From NCBI RefSeq assembly GCF_018389705.1, contig NZ_CP065581.1, positions 90,001 to 122,000 of the forward strand: DNA of 32,000 bases, given 5' to 3'. The DNA comes from Mycoplasma mycoides subsp. capri (GTDB lineage Bacteria > Bacillota_I > Bacilli_A > Mycoplasmatales > Mycoplasmataceae). Shown in pieces: positions 11,733 through 22,510 of the stretch. Numbering within the stretch: the first letter of the stretch is position 1; every line of letters starts with the position of its first letter. The position numbers and the translations under genes were made by a program. The notes under the pieces were generated by a model that was not told where the DNA came from, did not search any database, and worked only from the letters and a program-made list of their open reading frames with translations.

Positions 11733-13133
11733 CTACTTTTTATTTTTATTAATTAGTTCTTCTAACTTATTGATTTGTGAATCAATTTTTACTTCTTTTT
11801 GATAAGCTTCTAAATCTAAATCCTGAATATCTTTATCAAGATCTTTTATAGTTTGATCAATTATATTTTTTGTTTTAGTTTCTAGTTCAAAAAGTGAGTT
11901 TTCAAGTTGAGTTTTTTCTATAAATAGTTTATTTAATTGATCTTGATGTTCTTTTAATTTATTAGATAAGTTTTTTTGATCATTAGTAAATTTCAAAATT
12001 TCTTTTTGAAGATTTTTAAGTTCATCTTTATACTCTGAGTCAAGTTTTTTAGTTTGAGAATAAAGATTATTATTATCTAAAACACGTTTAGCTGCTATAT
12101 CTTTTTTACCATTAATTTCTTGTAGTGAATTTTGTAATTCAGAAATTTTTGATTTATTTTCTTCAGCTAATTTCTTATTTTTAGTTAGTTGTTCAAGTGC
12201 TTTGTTTTTTAGTTCTTCTTGCTGTGCTTTTGTTTTTTTGATTTCTTGTTCTTGTTTATTATTTTTAGCTATTTCTTCTTTTAAGTTATTTATATATTCG
12301 TAATTAAAAACATAATTTCTTCTATTATTTAAAAAGAAAAGATCTGAAAAATTGTCTGTAGTTATAAGATCGTTTTTAATAGTTTCTAAAGTTTTATTTT
12401 TTTGTTTGATTTCTTCTAATATTTTTTCTTCAACTGCAATAAATTGTTTGTAAGTGTCTTCTGTACTTTGTATTTGTTTTTCAATCATTGAAATATTATT
12501 AACTAATTCTATTAAAGAGCTAATCTCTTCTATTTTTTTATCTAATTGTTTAACTTCATTAAGTTCTTTTTCATAAACATCTAGTTTTTGTTTATTATCC
12601 TTTTCTAGTTGTTTAGTTTCTAATAATAATTCATTTAATTGCTCTAGTTCTTCTTTAATATCATCTATTTCATCTTCAATGGTTAAATCTTTAGTTAGAT
12701 TTTCTAATTTATTATTATTTTTTTCAATTTCTTGTTTTATTGTACTTTTGTTATTTTCAAGGTTATTTTTAGCTTCAGTTATAGTTTTTGTAGCTTTATT
12801 TTTTAATTCTAATTCTTTTTTATTATATTCAGCTTCTATTTTTAACTTTTGAGATTTAAGATCTTCAATTTTTAGTTTTAAAGTCTTAACATCATTTTTA
12901 TCAACTTCTATAAGTTCATTTTCTTTTTTAATATCTGAGTTTTTTTGATCATTAGAGTTATTATTTGGATTTTCAGAATTATTATTATTTGATTTTGTTA
13001 AGTTTTTTGTAGTTGAATCAGTTCCTTTAGTTGTCTTTATTATTTTATTATCAGAAACTTTACAAGCAATAACTAAAGTAGCTGTACTTGCACTAATTAT
13101 TACTGATCCTAGTATTGCTAATAATTTTTTCAT
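11733..13133 (-). CDS. Coiled-coil lipoprotein, array member A, 466 aa
   Basis: MKKLLAILGSVIISASTATLVIACK (lipobox), Ser/Asn-rich linker, then long K/E/L heptad-like coiled coil ending SQINKLEELINKNKK. Confidence 0.85.
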   Translation of the reverse strand: MKKLLAILGSVIISASTATLVIACKVSDNKIIKTTKGTDSTTKNLTKSNNNNSENPNNNSNDQKNSDIKKENELIEVDKNDVKTLKLKIEDLKSQKLKIEAEYNKKELELKNKATKTITEAKNNLENNKSTIKQEIEKNNNKLENLTKDLTIEDEIDDIKEELEQLNELLLETKQLEKDNKQKLDVYEKELNEVKQLDKKIEEISSLIELVNNISMIEKQIQSTEDTYKQFIAVEEKILEEIKQKNKTLETIKNDLITTDNFSDLFFLNNRRNYVFNYEYINNLKEEIAKNNKQEQEIKKTKAQQEELKNKALEQLTKNKKLAEENKSKISELQNSLQEINGKKDIAAKRVLDNNNLYSQTKKLDSEYKDELKNLQKEILKFTNDQKNLSNKLKEHQDQLNKLFIEKTQLENSLFELETKTKNIIDQTIKDLDKDIQDLDLEAYQKEVKIDSQINKLEELINKNKK

Positions 13134-13251
13134 ATATTCACACCTATTTGATAAATCTTATTTTTCATTCAATATATTATACTAATCAAAGTTATAAAAA
13201 ATAAGACTTAAAAATAGAAGTTTTTATGGTTGTGTAGTTAATAATTAAAAA

Positions 13252-13273
13252 AAGCAAGAAAAAATTCTTACTT
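13252..13273 (-). terminator. Intrinsic terminator downstream of array member B
   Basis: Minus strand AAGTAAGAA-TTTT-TTCTTGCTT followed by T-run; simple stem, unlike the other intergenic elements of the array. Confidence 0.7.
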
Positions 13274-13282
13274 TTGTTTTGA

Positions 13283-15517
13283 TTAATAGTATTTTTCAAT
13301 TTCTTTAATGAATTCTTGAATTTGAGAAATTGCTTTTTCTAATTTAGTGATTTCATCTTCTATTTTCTTTTCATCATCATAAACTTCTCAGTCTAAATCT
13401 TGAATGTCTTGATCTAAATCTTCTATGGTTTGATCAATTGTTTCTTTTGTTTTAGCTTCTAGTTCAAAAAGTGATTTTTCAAGTTCAACTTTTTGAGATT
13501 CTAATTGAGTTATTTCTCTTTTTGCTTCATCTAGTTTTTTAATTAAACCTTCTTGAATTTTATTAGCGTCTTGTAAACCTTTTTCTAGATTTTTAATATC
13601 ATTTTTTGATGATTCAAGTTCTTTTTTGATTTCAACTATTTGAGGATTTACTTCTGATAAATGTTCATCAAGCATTTGTTTTTCTTTTGTTATTGAATCT
13701 AATTCTGTCATTAATGATGGAAGTCTATCTTTTACTTGTTTAGCAGTTATTTTTTTAATTACTAAATCATCAATTAGCTTTTGTTTTTGTTCTTCTAATT
13801 GCTTTACTAATTTATTTAATTGTTCTTTCTCTTCTTTAGCTTCTTTTATTTTAGATGGTAATTCAGATAAAATCTCATATCTTGTTTTACCAAAGTTGTA
13901 GTAGAATTCATATGAAGAATTATTTGTATCATTAGCATCAGTTCTAATAGATTCTAACATTTTTTGTTTTTCTTCAGCTTTTGCAAGTTTCATTTTGTTT
14001 TCATCTATTAACTTTTTACTATTTGTATTAGTTTCTTCAATAATTTTTTTGAAATTAGATGCAACTGCAATTAAACCTTCTCTTTCTTTTATATACTTGT
14101 CTAAATTTGTCATTCTTTTGTCTAACTGTCTAGCTGTTTCAACTTCTTTATCAAATTCTTTTTCTTTTTCACTATATTCTTTAACTAAAGCACGAGAATC
14201 TTTTAAAAGCTCGTTTATATCATCTATTGTATCTTTTGATTTAGCTATTTCATCTTCAATATTTTTTTCTATTAAATCTTTTTCAAATTGACTGATTTTA
14301 TTATCTATTTCTTCTAGTTTTTTAATTGTAGATTTTTTAGTTTTTTCAAGAGTATTTTTAGCTTCAGTTATAGTTTTTTCAGCTGCGCTTATTAGATCTT
14401 TTTCTTTTTTATTAGTTTCATTTTCAATTTTAGCTTTTGCTAAATTAAATTCATCTATTGCTTTTTTAAGTTCACTAATAGCTTCTTTATGAATTCTTAT
14501 ATTACGATCTTTAGCTTTTTGTAATTCTTTTTTAATAATTTCTTCTTGTTTTTTATTTTCAGCATCAATTTGTTCTTGAGTTAGATAAAAGTTAATATCA
14601 CTTCCTGTTGGACTATAGTTATAAACACGATTATCTCATATACTTTGAATATGTTTTTTAAATAAGTCTTTGTTGTACTTTTCAACTTTTTCTAAATATA
14701 TTTTTACTCATTCATCTAGAATTTTTTCAGCTCTTTTAACTGAATCTTTATCATAATGAATTTTAATATCTAGTCCAGTTGGACTATCACTAAATATTTC
14801 ATCAATTTTAGTTTTGATTAAATAATCTAAAAGAGCTTGATTTTCTTTTTTATTTTTATCTAAGTATTCTTTTACTCATCTATCTAAACGTTCATTTTCG
14901 CGTTTAATTTGTTCTTCAGTTGGGTTTAGGTTGATATCTAGTCCTGAAATACTATCTCTATAAATTTGTATTTTTAAATCTTTAGAAAATTTATTTCATC
15001 AATCTTTGTGTTCTTTTACAAATTTACTAAAAGCTTGATCATTGATTTTGTTGTTGTCTTTTAAGATATTTTTAACAAGTTCTTATAATTTTTTTTCTTC
15101 TTTTTCAATTTGTTCTTTAGTTGGATTTAAATTAATATCAGCTCCAGTTGCACTATCTCTAAAAATACTATTTCAGCTAATAGTTGTAGGTTTTGGTTGT
15201 TTTGGAGTTATTGGGGTTGTTTCATTTGGTTTAGTTTCGTCTTTTTCTTTTTCACCTGGCTTTGGTTTAGTTGAATCAGGTTGATCTGGTTTTTTTGGAT
15301 CAGTTGGGTTAGTTGGAGTGGTTGAATCACTTGGTTTAGTGTTTTCTGGTTTTTTATTTTCACCAGATCCACTTGGATTTGAAGAATCACCATTATTTGA
15401 TGGATTTTTGTCTGAATTTGTAGGTTGTTTAGCACTAGGAGTTTTACATGCAATAACTAATGCAGCCCCACTTGTACTAATCATTATTGAACCTAATATT
15501 GTTAGTAATTTTTTCAT
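13283..15517 (-). pseudogene. Coiled-coil lipoprotein, array member B, interrupted by one in-frame TAA (15083-15085); would otherwise be 744 codons
   Basis: MKKLLTILGSIMISTSGAALVIACK...; frame reads '...DINLNPTKEQIEKEEKKL*ELVKNILKDNNKIN...'. Frame checked row by row from 15517 to 14113 under code 4, with no other stop found. Member E reads CTAGAAGAACTTGTT where B reads TTATAAGAACTTGTT. Confidence 0.75.
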
Positions 15518-15617
15518 ATATTCACACCTATAATTTTTTAATAAATTATTAATACATACTCTTAGTATTTGTATATTACAATTTTACTTTTACTAAAGTT
15601 ATCAAATATCACTTTAC

Positions 15618-15680
15618 AAAAAAAAAAAAAAAAAAAGCAAAACAACTAGTACTCATCACACTTTCTAGTTATTAAGCTTT
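15618..15680 (-). repeat. Intergenic hairpin + T19 element upstream of member B
   Basis: A19 on the plus strand (15618-15636), then gcaaaacaactagtactcatcacactttctagtt...; AACTAG/CTAGTT outer stem. Confidence 0.7.
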
Positions 15681-15781
15681 TATATTATGTTTTTTTAAAT
15701 AGGTTTTTATTAGTTTTTATATAGGTAACTTTTGAAATATTATTAACAATATTTTAAAATAAATAAATTAAATTCAATTTA

Positions 15782-17626
15782 CTATTTATTTAATTGTATT
15801 AAAACTCTTTTTAGTTTAGAAGTTAAAAGATCTGATACTCATTTTCCTTCAAAAGTTAAATATTTTTTACTTTCTTTGGTTCTATGAATTACTTTAGGAA
15901 TATATTCATTTAAAACTTTTTTATCTGTTTTTTCTAGCAATTCTTTAATTTCTTCATTTTGTTTTTTATTTTGTTTAAGTCATTCATCAAGATCAGGTTC
16001 ATTTTTATTTGTATTTGGAATTAATCCTTCTAGATCATTAATAAAGTCATTAATTGCATCTTCAGTTTCTTCTCTATCGATTTGAGCATCAATTTCTTTT
16101 TTGATTTTGTTTATTTCATCATCTCATTTTTTAAACTCAGCTTTTAATGCATCATCTAATCTATTAATTTCTTCATTAAATTCTTTACTGAAATCTTCAG
16201 CTTCATCTTTTTCAACTAGTTTATCAATTTCATTTTTAACAGCATTTGGTTCTGCTCATTCTTTGTTTTCAACATCTGTATTTGGAGTTAAATCTCTTAA
16301 ATCACTGATAAATTTATCTGTAACTTTTTTTATAAATTCTTTATGTTTTCTATTAGCTCAATCAGATTGTTCTTTATCAGTATTTGGAGTTAAACTAGCT
16401 AAATCATCAAAGAATTTAGCAATTTCATCTTCGATTTCTTCTTTTTTGATTAACTCATCAATTTCTTTTTTAATTTCGCTTGGATATGCTTTTTCATCTA
16501 ATTCTTTTTCTAAAGCATCACTAAATTTAGAAATTTCAATAAGTAGATCTTCTTCATTTTCTTTATCAATTTGAGCATCAATTTCTTTTTTGATTTTGTT
16601 TATTTCATCATCTCATTTTTTAAACTCAGCTTTTAATGCATCATCTAATCTATTAATTTCTTCATTAAATTCTTTACTGAAATCTTCAGCTTCATCTTTT
16701 TCAACTAGTTTATCAATTTCATTTTTAATTCTTGATTCTCAATGATTTATTTCATTTCTTAAAGCTTCATTTAATCTTGACATCTCACTATCAAAATCTT
16801 GAGATTCTTCTCTATCGATTTGAGCATCAATTTCTTTTTTAATTTTGTCTTCAGCTTTTTTATCTGCTCAAGATTTATTTTCAGCATCAGTATTTGGAGT
16901 TAAATCCTTTAAATCATTAATAAAATCTTTTATAGCTTTATCGTGTTTTCTATTAGCTCAATCAGATTGTTCTTTATCAGTATTTGGAGTTAAACCAGCT
17001 AAATCATCAAAGAATTTAGCAATTTCATCTTCGATTTCTTCTTTTTTGATTAACTCATTAATTTCATTTTTAACAGCACTTGGTTCAGCTCATTCTTTAT
17101 TTTCAGCATCAGTGTTTGGAGTTAAATCTCTTAGATCTTTAATAAACTTAGCTTCTGCATCCTTTTTGTTAGCTTCTTCTTTTTTCTTAGCTTCAGCGTC
17201 TTTTTTATCACTTCAAACTTTATTTTCAGCATCAGTGTTTGGAGTTAAATCTCTTAGATCTCTAATAAAATCTTTTATAGCTTTATCATGTTTTCTATTA
17301 ACTCATTCAGCTTGTTCTTTATCTGTATTTGGAGTTAAATCTCTTAGATCTTTAATAAACTTAGCTTCAGCCTCTTTTTTATCATCTTTTTTATTTTTAG
17401 AACTATAACTAAAAATATCAGCTCCAGTTATACTGTCTCTGAAAATGTCTTGTCAAGTAGATTTAGATTTGTTTATAGTAAAGTTATTTGGATCAGTAGG
17501 TTTTATTATTTCTTCTTCTTTTTTAATTTCAGAAGAACTTACATTAGTTTTATTATAAGAAACAATTACACTTGCACCTGATGAAATAATTGCTAAACTT
17601 CCTAATATTGTTAATAATTTTTTCAT
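15782..17626 (-). CDS. Secreted/N-anchored repeat protein, array member C, 614 aa; lacks the lipobox Cys
   Basis: MKKLLTILGSLAIISSGASVIVSYNKTNVSSS..., 'WQDIFRDSITGADI', then repeated 'DLRDLTPNTDAENKEWAE' and 'KKEIDAQIDREE...EFNEEINRLDDALKAEFKKWDDEINK' units; TGA codons decode the conserved Trp residues. Confidence 0.82.
16082..16728 (-). repeat. Internal duplication in member C, about 158 bp copies at offset 489 bp (16082-16239 and 16571-16728)
   Basis: ttgagcatcaatttcttttttgattttgtttatttcatcatctcattttttaaactcagcttttaatgcatcatct...tcaatttcatttttaa appears at both positions. Confidence 0.85.
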
Positions 17627-17711
17627 ATATTCACACCTATATTTTTAATCTGTTTTTAGACACATTAATACTAATTTTAATGATTAAAATTTATGTGAAA
17701 TATATTTTTGC

Positions 17712-17771
17712 AAAAAAAAAAAAAAAAAAAAACAAAACAGCTCAGTACACATCGCATATCTTGTTTTTAGA
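17712..17771 (-). repeat. Intergenic hairpin + T21 element upstream of member C
   Basis: A21 on the plus strand (17712-17732), then caaaacagctcagtacacatcgcatatcttgttttta; AAAACA/TGTTTT outer stem. Confidence 0.7.
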
Positions 17772-17886
17772 AATTATATTTTTTCATTAAATTTTAAGTC
17801 AAAATTGTATATACAATTAGCGTTAATTTTAGATTAATTTTAATAGATATTTTATTAAAAATTTAGCCTATTAAATTTAATTTATT

Positions 17887-19578
17887 TTATTTTTGAAATT
17901 GAGATACAAATTCTTCTATTTTTTTAATTAAGTTTTCTAGTTCTAAGATTTGTTTATCTATTTTGTCTTCTTTTTCAAATGCTTGTTTATCTAATTCTTC
18001 AGTTTCTTTTTCAAAGGTTAATTCAGTTTTTAAAATAGAATCTTCTAGTGTTTTAGTTAACATATTAATTGAATTTTCAATTTCTGATTTTTCTGATAAT
18101 AATTTATTTAAATCAGTTTCATATTCATTTAATGTTCTAGTTCAATAGTTTTCTGATTTAGTTGCTTGTTCGATTTCTTCTTCTAAAAGACCAACGTTTT
18201 TCTTGTATTCAGTTAAATATTTTTTATCCTTAGATACTTGATCGTTAATTAAGTGTAGATGTTTATCTATTTCTTCTTTTTCGATTTTCATCTTATTTAA
18301 TGATGACTCTAATGATGGTAAATCATTTCTTGCTTTTTCAGCTTGATTTTTATCTTTAGTTAATTTTTCAATAGTAGATTCTTTTAATTTATTTAGATCC
18401 ACTTCTATTTTTCTTATTTCATCTCTGGTTTCATTATTATTTTTAATAAATTCATCTAAAGAAGATATTATTTCATGTCTAAATGCATTCTCAAGTCTAC
18501 CATTATAAATAAATGAATCAAATTCATCGTATGAGGTTGTTAATTCTTCTTTACGTTTTTTTAGTTCTTTATCATCATCATCAAGTTCTTTAATTCAGTT
18601 TTGTTTTTCAGTAATTTCCTTATTATATTGGTCTTCAACTTTTTTAATATCTTCAGTGATTTTTTCAATAGATTCAGCTAATTTTTTATTTGTTTTGATT
18701 TCTGATTCAGTTTTTGTTATTTCAGTATCTAGTTCTTTTGCTTTAGTAACTTGATCAGTATATTCTTTTTCTTTAGTAGTATACTCATTAACTAATTCAT
18801 TAGCTTCTTTTAATCAGTCTTTTAAATCTTCTAATTCTTTTTTAGCTTGTTCTGATTTAGCTTTTAAATTTTGTTTATCAAAAACTTCTTTTATTAGATA
18901 ATTTAGTTTATGGTCGTTTTCTTGTTTTTTCTTATCTAATATCTCTTTATTTGTTTCAAAATCTTTTGTAGTTTTTCTAATATTAGTGTCTTTTAAAGCT
19001 TTTAATTCTTTTTCTTTTTTATCAGATTCTTTTCCAATAACAAATCTATTAGATCTAAGATCAATAATTTCATTTTTTAGAACATCAATGTTTTGTTTAT
19101 GAAATGATATATTGTATTCTTTATTTTTGTTTAATTCATTTTTAATAATTTCTTCTTGTTTTTTATTTTCAGCTTCAAGTTGTTCTTTAGTTGGGTTTAA
19201 GTTAATATCAGCTCCTGTAGCACTATCTCTAAAAATACTATTTCAACTAATAGTTACAAGTTTTGGTTTTATTGGAGTAGTTTGATCATTATTGGATTTA
19301 TCTGGTTTTCTTGTAGGTTTGCTATCAGATTCATTTGGTTTTTCTGGATTCACTGGAGTAGTTGAGTTGTTTGAATCAGATTCACTTGGCTTATTATTTC
19401 CAGGTTTTCTGTCTTTATCTGATCCACTTGGATTTGAAGAATCACCATTACTTGATGGTTTTTCATTTGAATTTGTAGGTTGTTTTGCACTAGGAGTTTT
19501 ATCACCACAAGCAATTACTGCAGCACTTGTTGCAGCAATTAGCCCAACAGACCCTAATATTGTTAATAATTTTTTCAT
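17887..19578 (-). CDS. Coiled-coil lipoprotein, array member D, 563 aa
   Basis: MKKLLTILGSVGLIAATSAAVIACGDKTPSAKQPTNSNEKPSSNG...; 'WNSIFRDSATGADINLNPTKEQLEAENKKQ'; coiled coil to ...EFVSQFQK*. Frame checked for stops from 19260 down to about 18421. Confidence 0.85.
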
Positions 19579-19665
19579 ATATTTACACCTATTTTTGACA
19601 TTCAATTAGTGCTTTTTGAGCACCAAAACATTTTATCAATCAAAATTTTTAAAAAGATAAATTTG

Positions 19666-19715
19666 CAAAAAAAAAAAAAAAAGCAACAAGGTGTGATCGC
19701 ACCATTTGCTTTTAA
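19666..19715 (-). repeat. Intergenic hairpin + ~T17 element upstream of member D
   Basis: Plus-strand A-run of about 17, then gcaacaaggtgtgatcgcaccatttgctttt; GGTG/CACC inner stem and GCAA/TTGC outer arms. Confidence 0.7.
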
Positions 19716-19739
19716 AAGTAATTTTCATAACAAATATGA

Positions 19740-22112
19740 TTATTTTAATTGTTTTTTCTTTTCTTCAAGTTTATTAATCATTTTTTCTAGTTTTTTAATT
19801 TTAGAATTTATTTCTTTTTCTTTTTTATTAGATTCATTATCTAATTCTAAAAGATCTTTTTTATAATTTGATTCAACTTCTGAAATTACTCTATTTGTAG
19901 ATTTTTCTAACTCGCTAATACTTTTTTGAATTTGAGATTTTTGCATTTCTAATTGAGATAATTGAGATTCAAATTCACTAACTTTTTTAGTTAATTCTTC
20001 TAGTTTTTGTTTAGAATCTTCAATCTCACCTTGAGTTCTTCTAACATCATTTTTATATAAACTAGAAAAGTTTTTTATTTTAGAAATTTCATTATTATTT
20101 TCACGTAAATAAGTATCAATCTCTTCTTTTTGTTTATTCATTTGATCTAGTGATTGAGTCATTTGGTCAACATCACTTTTTGCTTTTTCAGCTTCTTGTT
20201 TTTCTTTATTTAGCTTTGTACTTATTTGAGTATTTGATTCTTCTATTTCTTTAATATTTTTGTCTATTTGTTCTTTAACTTCAGTGTTATTTTTAATTTC
20301 TTCAGTTAAATGATCAATAAATTCGTGATTAAATCCGTAATCTTTTCTACTACTATAGAAGAATGAATCATAAAAATCAGTCTCTGAAACAAGATCTTTT
20401 TTATAACTTTCTAAAAGTTTAATTTCTTCACTAATTTCTTTAGCTAATGATTTTTGTTCTTCTGAATCTTTTTTATAAGATTGTTCTTGTTGTGAAATTT
20501 TTTCTTTAATTTCATCTAAATGACTAGCAATTTGTTTATTCTTTTTTAGTTCTTTTTCAGTTTGCGAAATGGTATCTCTTAACTTGATAGCTTCTTGTAC
20601 TTTTTGATCATATACTTTTTCAATAGCTGCATATTCATTTTCAAGTTCTTTAGCTAGTTCTAATCATTCTGTTAGTTCTTTTAGATTTTCTTCTTCTTTT
20701 TCTTTTTTATCTTTAGTGTCGTCTTGTTTAATTTGCTCTAATAGATCATTGATTTTTTTATCATATTCTTTTATTTGTTGATCTAGTCTAGCTTTACCTT
20801 CTTCAAATTGTTTTTTAGTATTCATAAGAGTAGTTTCAAATAAATTATTTAAACTATCTTCTTTTTTACCAAATTCATCTTCATTTGCTTCTTTTTCTAC
20901 TAATTGGTCTTCTATTTCTTTAGTTAATGTAGAAAGATGTTTTTCAATTTGATCTTTAGTTGGAGATCAAGAAATATCATCTCCAGTTATAGAATCAGAA
21001 TAAGTTTTAATAAATCTATTTTTTAATACAGCTTTTATTAGATCAGTATATTCATCATTAAACAATTTATTAGTATCTCTACTTGCTAAATGTTCTAAAA
21101 AACGAGCGTAGTTATCAGAATAATTTTTATCTAAAATATCTTTAACTTCTTTTTCTACTTCTTCTTTAGTTAGATAAAAGTTAATATCAGCACCACTTAT
21201 TGAATCACTATAAGTTCTAATCAATCTATTTTTTATAGCAGCTTTTACTAAGTTACTAAATTCATCACTAAATAATTCTTTAACAGTTTGACTTGCTTTA
21301 ATTGCCATTAAATTAGCAAAATTATCTTTATAGTTTTTATCTAGAATTTCTTTAATCAATTGTTCTTGTTTTTTATTTTCAGCATCAATTTGTTCTTTTG
21401 TTAAATAAAAGTTAATATCTAATCCAGTAGGACTATCTCTAAAGATTTCATCAATTTTAATTTTGATTAAATAATCTAAAAGAGCTTGGTTTTCTTTTTT
21501 ATTTTTATCTAAGTATTCTTTAACTCATTTATCTAAACGTTCATTTTCACGTTCAAGTTGTTCTTTAGTTGGATTTAAGTTGATATCTAATCCTGAAACA
21601 CTATCTCTATAGATTTGTATTTTTAAATCTTTAACAAATTTAGTTCATCATTCTTTATGTTCTTTTATGAAGTTGTTAAAAGCTTCATCATTAACTTTTT
21701 TATTATCTTTTAAGATATTTTTAACAAGTTCTTCTAGTCTTTTTTCTTCTTTTTCTAGATCTTGTTTAGTTGGATTTAGATTAATATCAGCTCCAGTAGC
21801 ACTATCTCTAAAAATACTATTTCAACTAATAGTTGCTGGTTTTGGTTTTACTGGAGTGTCTTGATTATTATCTTTTTCACTTGGTTTTGTAGGATTATTT
21901 TCAGGTTTATTAGAAGGATTAGCTGGTTCAACTGGTTTTTTTGGATCAGTTTGGTCTTTATCTTTTTCACTTGGTTTTGTAGGTTCATTTTGATTAGTAT
22001 TTTCATTTGAATTTGTAGGTTGTTTAGTAATAGGGGTTTTGCATGCAATAACTAAAGCAGCACCACTTGTACTAATCATTATTGACCCTAATATTGTTAA
22101 TAATTTTTTCAT
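19740..22112 (-). CDS. Coiled-coil lipoprotein, array member E, 790 aa
   Basis: MKKLLTILGSIMISTSGAALVIACKTPITKQPTNSNENTNQNEPTKPSEKDK...; five DSx(T/S)GxDI modules; coiled coil ending INKLEEKKKQLK*. Frame checked row by row, with no internal TAA/TAG found. Confidence 0.88.
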
Positions 22113-22200
22113 ATATTCACACCTATTTTTGACATTCAATTAGCGCTTTTTGAGCACCAAAACATTTTACCAATCAAAATTTTTAAAAATAGAAATTTGC

Positions 22201-22262
22201 AAAAAAAAAAAAAAAAGCAAAACGACCTAGTAAATATCGCACTTTTTGGTGTCTTGCTTTTA
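22201..22262 (-). repeat. Intergenic hairpin + T16 element upstream of member E
   Basis: A16 on the plus strand (22201-22216), then gcaaaacgacctagtaaatatcgcactttttggtgtcttgctttt; GCAAAACGACC/GGTGTCTTGC arms. Confidence 0.7.
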
Positions 22263-22510
22263 TAAATTACTAATTTTTTTACTTTACTATAGATTTGTAA
22301 TTAATATTTCAATTGGTTTTATTAATAGAATTAATACTTTATACTATTATCTAATATTACAATTAATCATATATCAATTATTATAGGTGAAATATATTAT
22401 TTTAAATGACATTAGCAAACATATTATTGATATAAGAGAAAAGTAACTCAAATTTAAATTATTAATCCAAAGTATTTAGTTACAAGTAATTATTATTTTC
22501 TTGATTTTTT

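Noticed and set aside
19579-22139. Longer N-termini 'MNVKNRC(K/E)Y-MKKLL...' for members D and E
   Set aside because: They require an upstream TTG start and put charged residues before the signal peptide. The downstream ATG has the same AGGTGT(R)AATATATG context as the other members.
22263-22510. AT-rich intergenic gap downstream of member F as an extra gene or remnant
   Set aside because: No ORF of meaningful length or recognisable similarity to neighbouring modules could be seen by eye.
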